DNA of 64,000 bases from a virus, in the IMG/VR virus record IMGVR_UViG_3300028920_000040, positions 59,836-123,835 of that record; one strand, 5' to 3'. The translations under genes and the position numbers were made by a program. Below the pieces are notes generated by a model that did no database searches, was not told where the DNA came from, and saw only the letters and a list, made by a program, of their open reading frames with translations. Shown piece by piece: positions 10,787 to 19,505 of the stretch. Position 1 is the first letter of the stretch. The number at the start of each line of letters is the position of its first letter.

Positions 10787-11944
10787 ATGATACCTCTAGT
10801 TCGCGACACAATCAATAATGAAGACATTGACAAACTTATTGAATGGTTGAAGACATATCCTAAACTTACCAAAGGAAAATTGACAACTGATTTTGAAGAT
10901 ATGTGGAGCCGTTTCCAAAAACGAAAATATTCTACATATGTTAATTCAGGATCATCAGCAAACCTTGCTATGGTCTATGCCTTCAAATTAAGCAAAAGAA
11001 ACATTAATAAGAATAAAAGAATTGTTGTTCCTACTTTGTCGTGGGTAACTACAGTATCTCCTGTAATTCAACTTGGATATGATCCCATCCTATGTGAAGT
11101 AGACAAACAGACTCTTGGTCTTGATCCAGACTATTTTGAAATGTTGTGTGAAAAGTATAAACCTGAAGCGGCCATAGTTACACACATACTTGGTATTCCT
11201 TGCAACATGAAAAGAATTATGGAAACTGCTGAAAAGTATGATGTAGTAGTTCTTGAAGATTCTTGTGAGGCAGTCGGTTCGACAAGTAACGGTACCATGA
11301 CAGGAAACTTTGGTTTGATGAGTACTTTCTCATATTACTTCGGTCACCATATGTCAACAATAGAAGGCGGAATGGTTTGTACTGATGATAAAGAAATGGA
11401 CGATCTTTTAAAGATGATCAGAAGTCATGGATGGTCCCGTGATCTTGACGATGAGAAAAAAGAAGAGTTAAGTTTGAAATATAAGATATCAGAATTTAAT
11501 GATATGTTTACTTTTTATGTTCCGTCTTTTAATTTAAGAGCCACCGATCTTCAGGCATTTATTGGAATAAAACAGATTCCAAGACTCTATGAAAACTGCG
11601 AAAAAAGATATCAAAATTTTAAACAGTATCAATTACAAATTGAAAATGATTATTGGAAACTTCCTTATCAATATGATATGGTTTCTAATTTTGCATATCC
11701 AATCATTCATCCAAAAAGAAATGATATAGTTAAAAGACTAAAAGAAAATGATATTGAAGTTCGTCCTTTGGTTTGTGGATCGATTGCGAGACAACCATTT
11801 TATAGAGACCTGTACGGACTGGCAGACCTTAAGTTTGGAGACGAGGTTCATTTACATGGATGCTATGTACCAAATAATCCTGAATTGACCAAAGAAGAAA
11901 TAAATAAAATTTGTTCGATCATAAATATGGAGATTAAAAAATGA
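10787..11944 (+). CDS. colD: GDP-4-keto-6-deoxy-D-mannose 3-dehydratase (ColD-like, DegT/DnrJ PLP family)
   Basis: VNSGSSANL, EDSCEA and SYYFGHHMSTIEGG with His at the usual PLP-Lys position, as in ColD/E1 dehydratases. Confidence 0.8.
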   Translation: MIPLVRDTINNEDIDKLIEWLKTYPKLTKGKLTTDFEDMWSRFQKRKYSTYVNSGSSANLAMVYAFKLSKRNINKNKRIVVPTLSWVTTVSPVIQLGYDPILCEVDKQTLGLDPDYFEMLCEKYKPEAAIVTHILGIPCNMKRIMETAEKYDVVVLEDSCEAVGSTSNGTMTGNFGLMSTFSYYFGHHMSTIEGGMVCTDDKEMDDLLKMIRSHGWSRDLDDEKKEELSLKYKISEFNDMFTFYVPSFNLRATDLQAFIGIKQIPRLYENCEKRYQNFKQYQLQIENDYWKLPYQYDMVSNFAYPIIHPKRNDIVKRLKENDIEVRPLVCGSIARQPFYRDLYGLADLKFGDEVHLHGCYVPNNPELTKEEINKICSIINMEIKK

Positions 11945-12429
11945 TTCCACAAGACTTATATAATAAATTTCTTGATAATATGGTTCTTGCTTGTGTTGAT
12001 TGTTGTGTAGTGCATGATGATAAAATGTTGCTTGTTAAAAGAAAATCAGAACCAGCGAGTGGATTATGGTGGTTTCCAGGCGGTAGAATAATAAAAGGAG
12101 AACCTATTAAAGAAGCTTCATTAAGAAAAGTTAAGGAAGAAACTGGAATAGATTCTGAGTTTGTTAAAATATTAGGTGTAGAAGAAACTATGTTTGAAAA
12201 AGGACCTCACGGAGGAGATATTCATAGTATTAATGTTGTAAGCATTTTAAATGCAAAAAATACTGAAGTTATTCTTGATAATTATAGTTCTGAATATCAA
12301 TGGGTAAAAGGAATTTATGAATACGATCATATTCATTCTTATGTATCTAAATTCATGGAACTAGCTGGATTTCAACACAAAAGAAAATTTGGACAGATTA
12401 CAGACCCCACTGATCATGTATATCTATAA
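11941..12429 (+). CDS. Nudix hydrolase, GDP-mannose mannosyl hydrolase-like
   Basis: PASGLWWFPGGRIIKGE...RKVKEETG Nudix box; adjacent to colD. Confidence 0.75.
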   Translation: MIPQDLYNKFLDNMVLACVDCCVVHDDKMLLVKRKSEPASGLWWFPGGRIIKGEPIKEASLRKVKEETGIDSEFVKILGVEETMFEKGPHGGDIHSINVVSILNAKNTEVILDNYSSEYQWVKGIYEYDHIHSYVSKFMELAGFQHKRKFGQITDPTDHVYL

Positions 12430-12432
12430 ATA
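12425..12432 (+). promoter_or_regulatory. T4-type late promoter TATAAATA
   Basis: exact TATAAATA upstream of the AGGAGG RBS and the fibre-like unit. Confidence 0.7.
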
Positions 12433-12455
12433 CTCCTAGAAACCCATTCTAGGAG
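12433..12455 (+). promoter_or_regulatory. RBS-occluding hairpin
   Basis: ctcctagaa-accca-ttctaggag perfect 9-bp stem covering AGGAG. Confidence 0.75.
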
Positions 12456-12464
12456 GAAAATTAC

Positions 12465-12632
12465 ATGAACGTAACTGCTACTTTAGACGGCGAATCCGTA
12501 ACTATTGTTGATATCGACGTTAACGGATCACAAATTTACATCACATATGTAGACGCAAGCTCAAATCTTAAAACCAAAATTAAGTACTTTGAGGAAAACG
12601 AAACTATAGCTTCATCCGCAGTCGTCAACTAA
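12465..12632 (+). CDS. 55-aa protein (not in ORF track), stand-alone copy of the C-terminal module of the next gene
   Basis: MNVTATLDGESVTIVDIDVNGSQIYITYVDASSNL...; AGGAGG RBS. Confidence 0.8.
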   Translation: MNVTATLDGESVTIVDIDVNGSQIYITYVDASSNLKTKIKYFEENETIASSAVVN

Positions 12633-12665
12633 GATTAAATAAAATTAGAAATATAGGAGATAAGT

Positions 12666-15600
12666 ATGTCCAATAATTTCCATTGGGTAGGTACAGATAC
12701 TAGTTTTAATACATCGGCAAACTGGTCTTCAGCTACAAGTGGTGCAGGAGGATATGGTGTTCCTACATCTGCCGATAATATAATATTTGATTATGGTTCT
12801 CAGGATTGTAATTTGAGCAGTGCAATTATTTGTCATTCTATTTCATCCACACCAACCTATTCTGGTGATTTAAATCTAAGTGGAAATAACATTACATGTG
12901 TTAGTGGTGGTGGAATATCACTAGATCATAATGGAACAATTAATACTGGAGGTTCTGTTGACTTAACTACAGATTCAGATGTTTATGTATCAACATTATT
13001 AACAGGATTACTTTTTGGATCGGCTAGATTTATATTTACTTCTGATGGAACATTTGATGTTCGTGGTAATAGATATTTAGACGGAATAAAATTAGACGGA
13101 GATAATCTTACTGTTACATATGCATCTACTAATGGTGTTCATGAAAATGGTTTTGGCAACTATCCATTAGAAGCCGGTAATAATTGTACTTTTATACCAA
13201 ACCAAAGATTTATTATGCGTCGTAGTAGTGAGCCTGTAGAAACTACGCTTGCTTTTTTCTCTGCTGGTTCTAATTTTACTGTTGGTGGTACTGGTATATT
13301 TGAATTTTATGCTTTATTTGCAATTAATGAAACCAGACAAATTCCAGCTTTTACTTATACAGGATCAAATCAAGTTAGATATATTTGTACGTCTGAAAAC
13401 ACCACACTTGAAATTACTGGAGATTTAGATTTAGGAACAGCTACAATCAATCTTGGTGCTGATAGTAGAATGTATGATCATACTTTAGATTTAAATGGTC
13501 ATACTATTAATTGTGGTACATTTGCTGGCCCTATGATTCGTTATCTTAATGGCCCTACACCAAGTTGTGATTTTACTAGTGCTACAATAAACTGTAATAA
13601 TTTTGTATTAGGAACTCAGTATGCAGTAACATCGGCCCATGCTGGTAATTGGAATCTTGAAGGATTTACACTCAATACAAGTGGTGATATAACATATCCA
13701 GCATATCAAAATATTTCTGGTGATTATAATATTAATATTTTTGATGATTGTGATATTACAAGTAATAGTGCAACATTAGGAAATATTAATGTTAATACAT
13801 CAGGTACTGTTAATCTTCAAGATGCATTAACTTGTAGTACTGTAACAATTACAGATGGTAATTGGTATTATAACAGTAATACTTTAGATTGTGTTTCTGG
13901 TGGATTTTCTATGGACGGTGGTGTTAGAACGCTTTCCGCAGATGGAGAAACTTTTATTGCTGGAGATTTTCATGTGGGAGGAAGTGTAGATGTTAATATT
14001 GATAAACGTATAACATTTACCGATAATGGAAATCTTGATATTGATCGTTCAGCATATGATATAAACGGAATAACAATAAACGCAGGTGTTACCGTGACCC
14101 GTATTTGTGGGGCAACTGGTCAATCTCATATAAATGACGGTGATGGCGTACCGCTTATCATGGGTGATAATAGCACCTTCACAGTCAACGGTTCCGGCGA
14201 TCTTGGATTATGGCTTGGGAGTGCTGGAGCGTCAATGACATTCGGAAGCGGTGCAGTAATAAACGGGAGCAGAAATATTGTTGCCTGTCTCACAAATGCG
14301 GCGGTTACGGGTACTTGTCCGGCCTTTACCTATTCGGGTACGGGCGGCGTATACTTCCAAACCTTGAGCAATAGTAGCTCAATACAGCTCACGGGTGCGC
14401 TAAATGTTACAAGTGGAACCGGGATTAATTTCAATCTCATTGGATCAAGCACATCAATTGACCTGAACGAGCAGACAATAACTGCCCCTGCGTTTTCTTA
14501 TACTGGTACAGGCACCTTTGATTTCGACAACACAACGCAGAATACAGACGGGAATTATTCTATTGCCGCCACGTCAACTATCAGCAACCCGTCAACGTCA
14601 ACTATCAACATCACTGGAACCTGTGACTTAACTTCCAATGGAAAAACTTTAGGAGCCATAGTGTTTCCGTCTGGTAGTTCTGGTACAACAACCCTCCAAG
14701 ATGATTTAACTTGTGCATCTATTGCCATGAACTCTGGTAATACAAATTCATTCGTTGCTAACGGAAACGACATTACCTGTATTTCTGGTGGAATGAATTT
14801 GGTTGACGGTAGAATTACTATTACTAATCCTAGCAATGTATCACTTGCTGGTGATTTAACATATAAAGCTACAATGTTAAATCAGGGTAGCCGTATAAAT
14901 GTATTCACTTTTACTGCGAACGCAACAATTACATGGAATGATACGGGGAGTAATTGGGATATTGATGGTGGCCTTGTAATAGCTGATGGTGTAACTCTAA
15001 TAAAAGCAGGTAGTGTTGGTACAGCTTTTCAGCCGCACGGCAACGGATCGAACGCGGCTATTACAATGACAAATGCTACTTTAACATTAAATTCTGGTAT
15101 TCAGGTAAAGATGGATGCTACTGGAAGTGTCTTTAATCTTACTGGTAGTAATACCTTTAATGGTAGTGATACGATGGAGTTAAGAATAAATGGAGGTAAT
15201 AATAAAATTGCAACAATAGATGCGTTTACATTGGGCGGTACTGTAAATCTATATCTTAATACTACTGCTGGTACAGGACATTCGTTCCTTTTTGATGGTG
15301 ATGTTGCGGTTTCTGGTGGAACATTTACGCATAATATTCTTGACGGAAATAAAATAGACTTTAATGGAAATATATTAACAGTAGGCGATTATACTGAACA
15401 GCTTAATGGAACTGAAAGAATAGAACTTAATGGTGGTTCATTTGTTTGTGATTCTTTTGATCTTACAGGAACCGGGGGAACATTTGATGTTTCTGCTGGT
15501 AATATTGTTTGTACTAGTGCTTTCACAGCAGGTTCTAATTTAACATTTGGAAATGCTAATACTGGAAATTTATTAAACCCAACTGGAGTAACTTTTAATA

Positions 15601-17264
15601 CTAATGGTGTTGAAATTCCTGTATTATACTTTAGTGGAACCTCTGCTGACTTTACTTTAAATGAATCCATTAAGTGTGCTGGTGTTACTACTATTGCTGA
15701 TTATAGTGGAGATTTTTCATACGGTGGTTATGAATTAAGTTCTAATGGAGATATGAATTTCGATCATACTGGAGCGTTAGCCGCTAATGCTACAACACAT
15801 GTAAATGGTAATCTTCATGCTGGTAATACTATAGCAGGATATGATATTTTCTCTAGAATACATTTTACTGGTTCTGGTAATTTAGATATTGATGATGTTG
15901 TAATTGGTACTGGTATAACCAATGGACTTGAATTAGACGATGATGTAACCGTACCTGTAATAGGCGCATCACAAACAAGTATAACAGATGGTACTCCTAT
16001 AATCATATTAGGTGATAATGCTACTCTTACGGTCAATAATACTGTTAAATTGCGTAATACTGTTAATGCTAACTCGGCGTTTTCTCTTGGTGCTGGTGCT
16101 CAGATTAATGGAAGTGGAACAGTTATTATAGAAATGGCATCAACAAGTATTAAAACATGTAAGGTTGGAAATCTTAATTATACAGGAACTGGAAGTGTTC
16201 AATGTGGAGCTTCTATTGTTGTTGGTATAGTTGAATTAGATAATGATACAAATATTGATGGAGAGTTGAGAGTATTAGATAATGCTCAATTTAATATGAA
16301 TTCTCAAACATTAGATTGTGGAAGTTTCAGATTTGGTAATGGAATACTTGATATGACAAGTGGAACCATAAATTGTGATGGCGATTTTTACATGGATGAT
16401 CCAACAGCTACAATTCAAAATATTTCTGATTCTATTATAAACATTTTGGGAACTTGCACATTTACTTCCAATGGAATTACTTTCCAAGATATTAATGCAA
16501 ATACAGCCGCACAAATTTTAACATTTGTGGATGGATTAACTTGTGATAATCTTAAAGCAAATCCAGCCGCAAGATTAAGATTTAAGGGTGGAGAAACTTA
16601 TACTTGGTCAACATTCAATGAACTTGATTGGGCAGGAGAAACGATAAACAAAATTACTATTGATACTGATGGTGGAGTTGCTTTCTGGGATAATCCATCA
16701 AGTATGAAGTTATTTAACTGTAATGTTTCTGGTATTTCTGCTCTTGAAGAAGTCGATGCGTTTGTTACAGACGGAAATACAGATAATGGTAGTAATACAA
16801 ACTTCGACTTTACAGAAACATATCCTGCTATTTTTAATGTAACATGGAATAATAGTACAAGTACTATTGGTGTCGAGTGTAGTGGAGCAGAACCAGTACA
16901 GCTCGATGGTAAAGTTGAAGTGTCTGAAACAGGCGAAGCGAACTGGGTAGAACTAGATGTATATCTTGGTTGGAGTGATAATTTAGTTTCGGGCACAATA
17001 GGAAATCTATCGGCAGATTCTTACGATGTTAAACTAACTAATGATGATGGACAATCTACTATTAGTATTGGCGGACTTTCTCTTGGAGGAGAAACTGTTG
17101 TTCAAGCAACATATAATGGAGAATCTGTAAGTATAGTTGGATATAGTAAGTCGGGAGATTCGACATATCCAATATATGTTGACGGATCATATAATCTAAT
17201 AATATCAAAGGACTATACTATTTCTGCAGGAACCATTGTTGCGACAGGAGCATCTATAGCTTAA
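12666..17264 (+). CDS. large repetitive beta-rich virion fibre/adhesin-like protein
   Basis: G/T/S/N-rich; N-terminal WVG...ANWS...VPTSADNIIFD; recurring QD-x-LTC, TC(V/I)SGG and PAFTY motifs; late promoter upstream. Confidence 0.65.
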   Translation: MSNNFHWVGTDTSFNTSANWSSATSGAGGYGVPTSADNIIFDYGSQDCNLSSAIICHSISSTPTYSGDLNLSGNNITCVSGGGISLDHNGTINTGGSVDLTTDSDVYVSTLLTGLLFGSARFIFTSDGTFDVRGNRYLDGIKLDGDNLTVTYASTNGVHENGFGNYPLEAGNNCTFIPNQRFIMRRSSEPVETTLAFFSAGSNFTVGGTGIFEFYALFAINETRQIPAFTYTGSNQVRYICTSENTTLEITGDLDLGTATINLGADSRMYDHTLDLNGHTINCGTFAGPMIRYLNGPTPSCDFTSATINCNNFVLGTQYAVTSAHAGNWNLEGFTLNTSGDITYPAYQNISGDYNINIFDDCDITSNSATLGNINVNTSGTVNLQDALTCSTVTITDGNWYYNSNTLDCVSGGFSMDGGVRTLSADGETFIAGDFHVGGSVDVNIDKRITFTDNGNLDIDRSAYDINGITINAGVTVTRICGATGQSHINDGDGVPLIMGDNSTFTVNGSGDLGLWLGSAGASMTFGSGAVINGSRNIVACLTNAAVTGTCPAFTYSGTGGVYFQTLSNSSSIQLTGALNVTSGTGINFNLIGSSTSIDLNEQTITAPAFSYTGTGTFDFDNTTQNTDGNYSIAATSTISNPSTSTINITGTCDLTSNGKTLGAIVFPSGSSGTTTLQDDLTCASIAMNSGNTNSFVANGNDITCISGGMNLVDGRITITNPSNVSLAGDLTYKATMLNQGSRINVFTFTANATITWNDTGSNWDIDGGLVIADGVTLIKAGSVGTAFQPHGNGSNAAITMTNATLTLNSGIQVKMDATGSVFNLTGSNTFNGSDTMELRINGGNNKIATIDAFTLGGTVNLYLNTTAGTGHSFLFDGDVAVSGGTFTHNILDGNKIDFNGNILTVGDYTEQLNGTERIELNGGSFVCDSFDLTGTGGTFDVSAGNIVCTSAFTAGSNLTFGNANTGNLLNPTGVTFNTNGVEIPVLYFSGTSADFTLNESIKCAGVTTIADYSGDFSYGGYELSSNGDMNFDHTGALAANATTHVNGNLHAGNTIAGYDIFSRIHFTGSGNLDIDDVVIGTGITNGLELDDDVTVPVIGASQTSITDGTPIIILGDNATLTVNNTVKLRNTVNANSAFSLGAGAQINGSGTVIIEMASTSIKTCKVGNLNYTGTGSVQCGASIVVGIVELDNDTNIDGELRVLDNAQFNMNSQTLDCGSFRFGNGILDMTSGTINCDGDFYMDDPTATIQNISDSIINILGTCTFTSNGITFQDINANTAAQILTFVDGLTCDNLKANPAARLRFKGGETYTWSTFNELDWAGETINKITIDTDGGVAFWDNPSSMKLFNCNVSGISALEEVDAFVTDGNTDNGSNTNFDFTETYPAIFNVTWNNSTSTIGVECSGAEPVQLDGKVEVSETGEANWVELDVYLGWSDNLVSGTIGNLSADSYDVKLTNDDGQSTISIGGLSLGGETVVQATYNGESVSIVGYSKSGDSTYPIYVDGSYNLIISKDYTISAGTIVATGASIA

Positions 17265-17408
17265 TATGATTACTGAAATGAAACATACTGAAAGATTTGG
17301 CATCAAGTGGCCAAGAAGAAAATTAGAAGTTAAGAAACTTTCTGAAGTATATAAATCAGGAAACAATAATCGTCGCAAGGACGATACGAATAAGGTGGAT
17401 ATACTTAT

Positions 17409-17681
17409 ATGACTAATCTTATTTTAATAGGAGCAGCCATTTTAATTTTGGTTGTTTGGAAAGGATATAATCCTCCAAACGAATATGATGTTAAATATTA
17501 TGATGGAAGTCATCTCATTTGGAATGTCGTATCAACTAAAAAGCCAAAAAGAACAAAAAAATATATAAAGGTATATAATCCCGAAACAGAAACTTGGATG
17601 GAGATTAATATTAAAGATTCGGCTAGTGTTAAAATAGAAAAGATAGATTATATATTAAGAAAGGAAAAAGTACCGAAATAA
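17409..17681 (+). CDS. hypothetical protein with N-terminal membrane anchor
   Basis: hydrophobic N-terminus LILIGAAILILVVW. Confidence 0.55.
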   Translation: MTNLILIGAAILILVVWKGYNPPNEYDVKYYDGSHLIWNVVSTKKPKRTKKYIKVYNPETETWMEINIKDSASVKIEKIDYILRKEKVPK

Positions 17682-18028
17682 GGGCCTGACTTGGATTTCG
17701 ACTTAATGATCTTTGACAGGTAGTTGCATGTAGGAGTTGATCGATGGCTCCTTAAAAATCGATCAAAATATAAATGCAGAAGAATACTCTTATGCAATGG
17801 CTGCTTAATTAAAAAGCGGCGATCCAATGATCTGATGCTTCTAGGATCATTGGTTAATCAGAAGCTGGATGGTATGTAATCCCTGACATATCATTAAGAT
17901 ATTGGGATGCTTTTGTAATAAGTTTGTATAGTTTTTTATTACAAAATAAGATATTAAATTATACTAAACATGTGAACGAAACTATTTGGCGGATATTAAG
18001 GACTCGGGTTCGATCCCCGACAGGTCCA
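17682..18028 (+). ncRNA. ssrA: tmRNA
   Basis: 5' GGGCCTGA..GGATTTCGAC; 3' T-arm TCGGGTTCGATCCCCGA then CAGGTCC-A; acceptor stem with G3:U wobble; tag ORF 17776-17808 encodes AEEYSYAMAA*. Confidence 0.95.
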
Positions 18029-18053
18029 TTATTTTTGTTATAAAGGATTTAAA

Positions 18054-18061
18054 TATAAATA
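18054..18061 (+). promoter_or_regulatory. T4-type late promoter TATAAATA heading the leader-tagged array
   Basis: exact TATAAATA 38 nt upstream of ATG 18099. Confidence 0.65.
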
Positions 18062-18098
18062 ATTATGATATATTCAATTATTTATCGAGGACTGCCAA

Positions 18099-19124
18099 AT
18101 GAATTTTAGAGATTATTATTTTACAGAATCTAAAAAATACGATCATATAGATTTTAAACCCCCGAATGGAGTCGCATCTGAAGCAAAAAAAGGATTAGAG
18201 TTTCGTCAAAAAGCGGGAGATAAAGGCGGATTATCTGTTAAACAAGCCAAAAAAGAGGGTGTTGGATCAGGAGTTCAAAGAGCAGTCAATCTTAAAAATA
18301 GAGATACAATGTCTCCAAAGACTGTTAAAAGAATGAAAGCATTTTTTGATAGACATGAAAAAAATGCAAAAATAGATTCGAAATATAAAGGAACTCCTTG
18401 GAAAGATAAAGGCTATGTCGCATGGCTACTTTGGGGAGGAGATGCAGGAAGATCGTGGGCAAATAAGATAGTTCGTCAAATGGAATCTGCTGATAAAAAA
18501 ATTAATGAAGGATTTGAAGATGTTGAAAAAGCATTAGAAAGAGGCAGAAATAGCGATCCGGCCGATCCCGATCTTTGGGAAAAAATTAAAAAAGAAGCAG
18601 ACAAAAAATATGGAAAAAAGTCTTCTGCATATAAAAGTGGAAAATATATCATCAAAGAAAATGATTTACCGGAGTTAGTTCTCCCAATAGGAATTTCGGG
18701 CTCGGGTAAAAGTACATGGATTAAGGAATTTAACAAAGATAACAAATACAGAGTTGTCGAGCCGGATGGAATTCGCAGAGAAGTAACTGGTGATGTATCT
18801 GATGCAAGTCAGGATAAACAAGTTTGGAAGATTGCAAAACAGAGGACTATAAATTCGTTAAGAGGCGACCAGAGTGTTATTTTGGATGCCACCAACATTG
18901 ATCCTGACCACCGAGCAGAATTTATAGAAGGTCTTCCTGAATGTGAATTAAAAGCAAAAATATTTAGACTTGATCCTGAAGAAGCAAAGAAAAGAATTAA
19001 ATCTGATATAGAATCTGGAAAAGATAGATCGAATGTACCTGAAGAAATTGTCGATAAGATGTTTGATAGATTTCAGGATAGTATTTCAAAATTAGAAGAT
19101 CAAGGATTTCAAATTATTAAATAA
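18099..19124 (+). CDS. leader-tagged multidomain protein with C-terminal AAA_33/PNK-like P-loop kinase
   Basis: leader MNFRDYYFTE; VAWLLWGGDAGRSWA domain; GISGSGKST Walker A and ILDATN. Confidence 0.75.
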   Translation: MNFRDYYFTESKKYDHIDFKPPNGVASEAKKGLEFRQKAGDKGGLSVKQAKKEGVGSGVQRAVNLKNRDTMSPKTVKRMKAFFDRHEKNAKIDSKYKGTPWKDKGYVAWLLWGGDAGRSWANKIVRQMESADKKINEGFEDVEKALERGRNSDPADPDLWEKIKKEADKKYGKKSSAYKSGKYIIKENDLPELVLPIGISGSGKSTWIKEFNKDNKYRVVEPDGIRREVTGDVSDASQDKQVWKIAKQRTINSLRGDQSVILDATNIDPDHRAEFIEGLPECELKAKIFRLDPEEAKKRIKSDIESGKDRSNVPEEIVDKMFDRFQDSISKLEDQGFQIIK

Positions 19125-19485
19125 GGAGAGTAAAATGAATTTTAAAGATTATTTAGATGAAGTTATAATGAGGCAGTTGAATGAATCTGGTGGCAAAACT
19201 AAAACAATAGTTACATATAAAGTAAAAGCTAAGAAAAAGATTGAAGACCCGAAATACAAAGAACCAGGTGCGTTTGTTAAAAAGGGATTAACTAAGGAAA
19301 TCAAAAAAAATGAAATAGATTTTATTAAGAAGAATGGTTATACTTTTGATATTCCAATGAGAGATTATTCCGCCAAGATTAAAGTGAGTCCAGAAGATTT
19401 GGATATTTTAGAAGTAACACAAACAATTACAACAAGTACATCTTCTAAAAAAATATAATCTAAATTAGAAGATCAAGGATTTCAA
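19089..19485 (+). repeat. 24-bp direct repeat flanking the 19135 gene
   Basis: aaattagaagatcaaggatttcaa at 19089-19112 and 19462-19485. Confidence 0.9.
19135..19458 (+). CDS. leader-tagged hypothetical protein
   Basis: MNFKDYLDE...LNE; AGGAG RBS. Confidence 0.7.
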   Translation: MNFKDYLDEVIMRQLNESGGKTKTIVTYKVKAKKKIEDPKYKEPGAFVKKGLTKEIKKNEIDFIKKNGYTFDIPMRDYSAKIKVSPEDLDILEVTQTITTSTSSKKI

Positions 19486-19505
19486 GTAATCGATTAGGAG
19501 AAAAA

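Noticed and set aside
1453-12429. Bacterial chromosomal O-antigen locus
   Set aside because: No wzx/wzy/wzm or housekeeping genes; the flanks are phage-type genes and late promoters.
17998-18028. Stand-alone tRNA gene
   Set aside because: The T-arm and acceptor pair with 17682-17688 about 340 nt upstream and enclose a tag ORF, so this is the tmRNA 3' end.
18055-18085. Inverted repeat ataaataatt/aattatttat as a second RBS-occluding hairpin
   Set aside because: The stem is all A/T and does not cover the GAGG RBS, so it is too weak to call.
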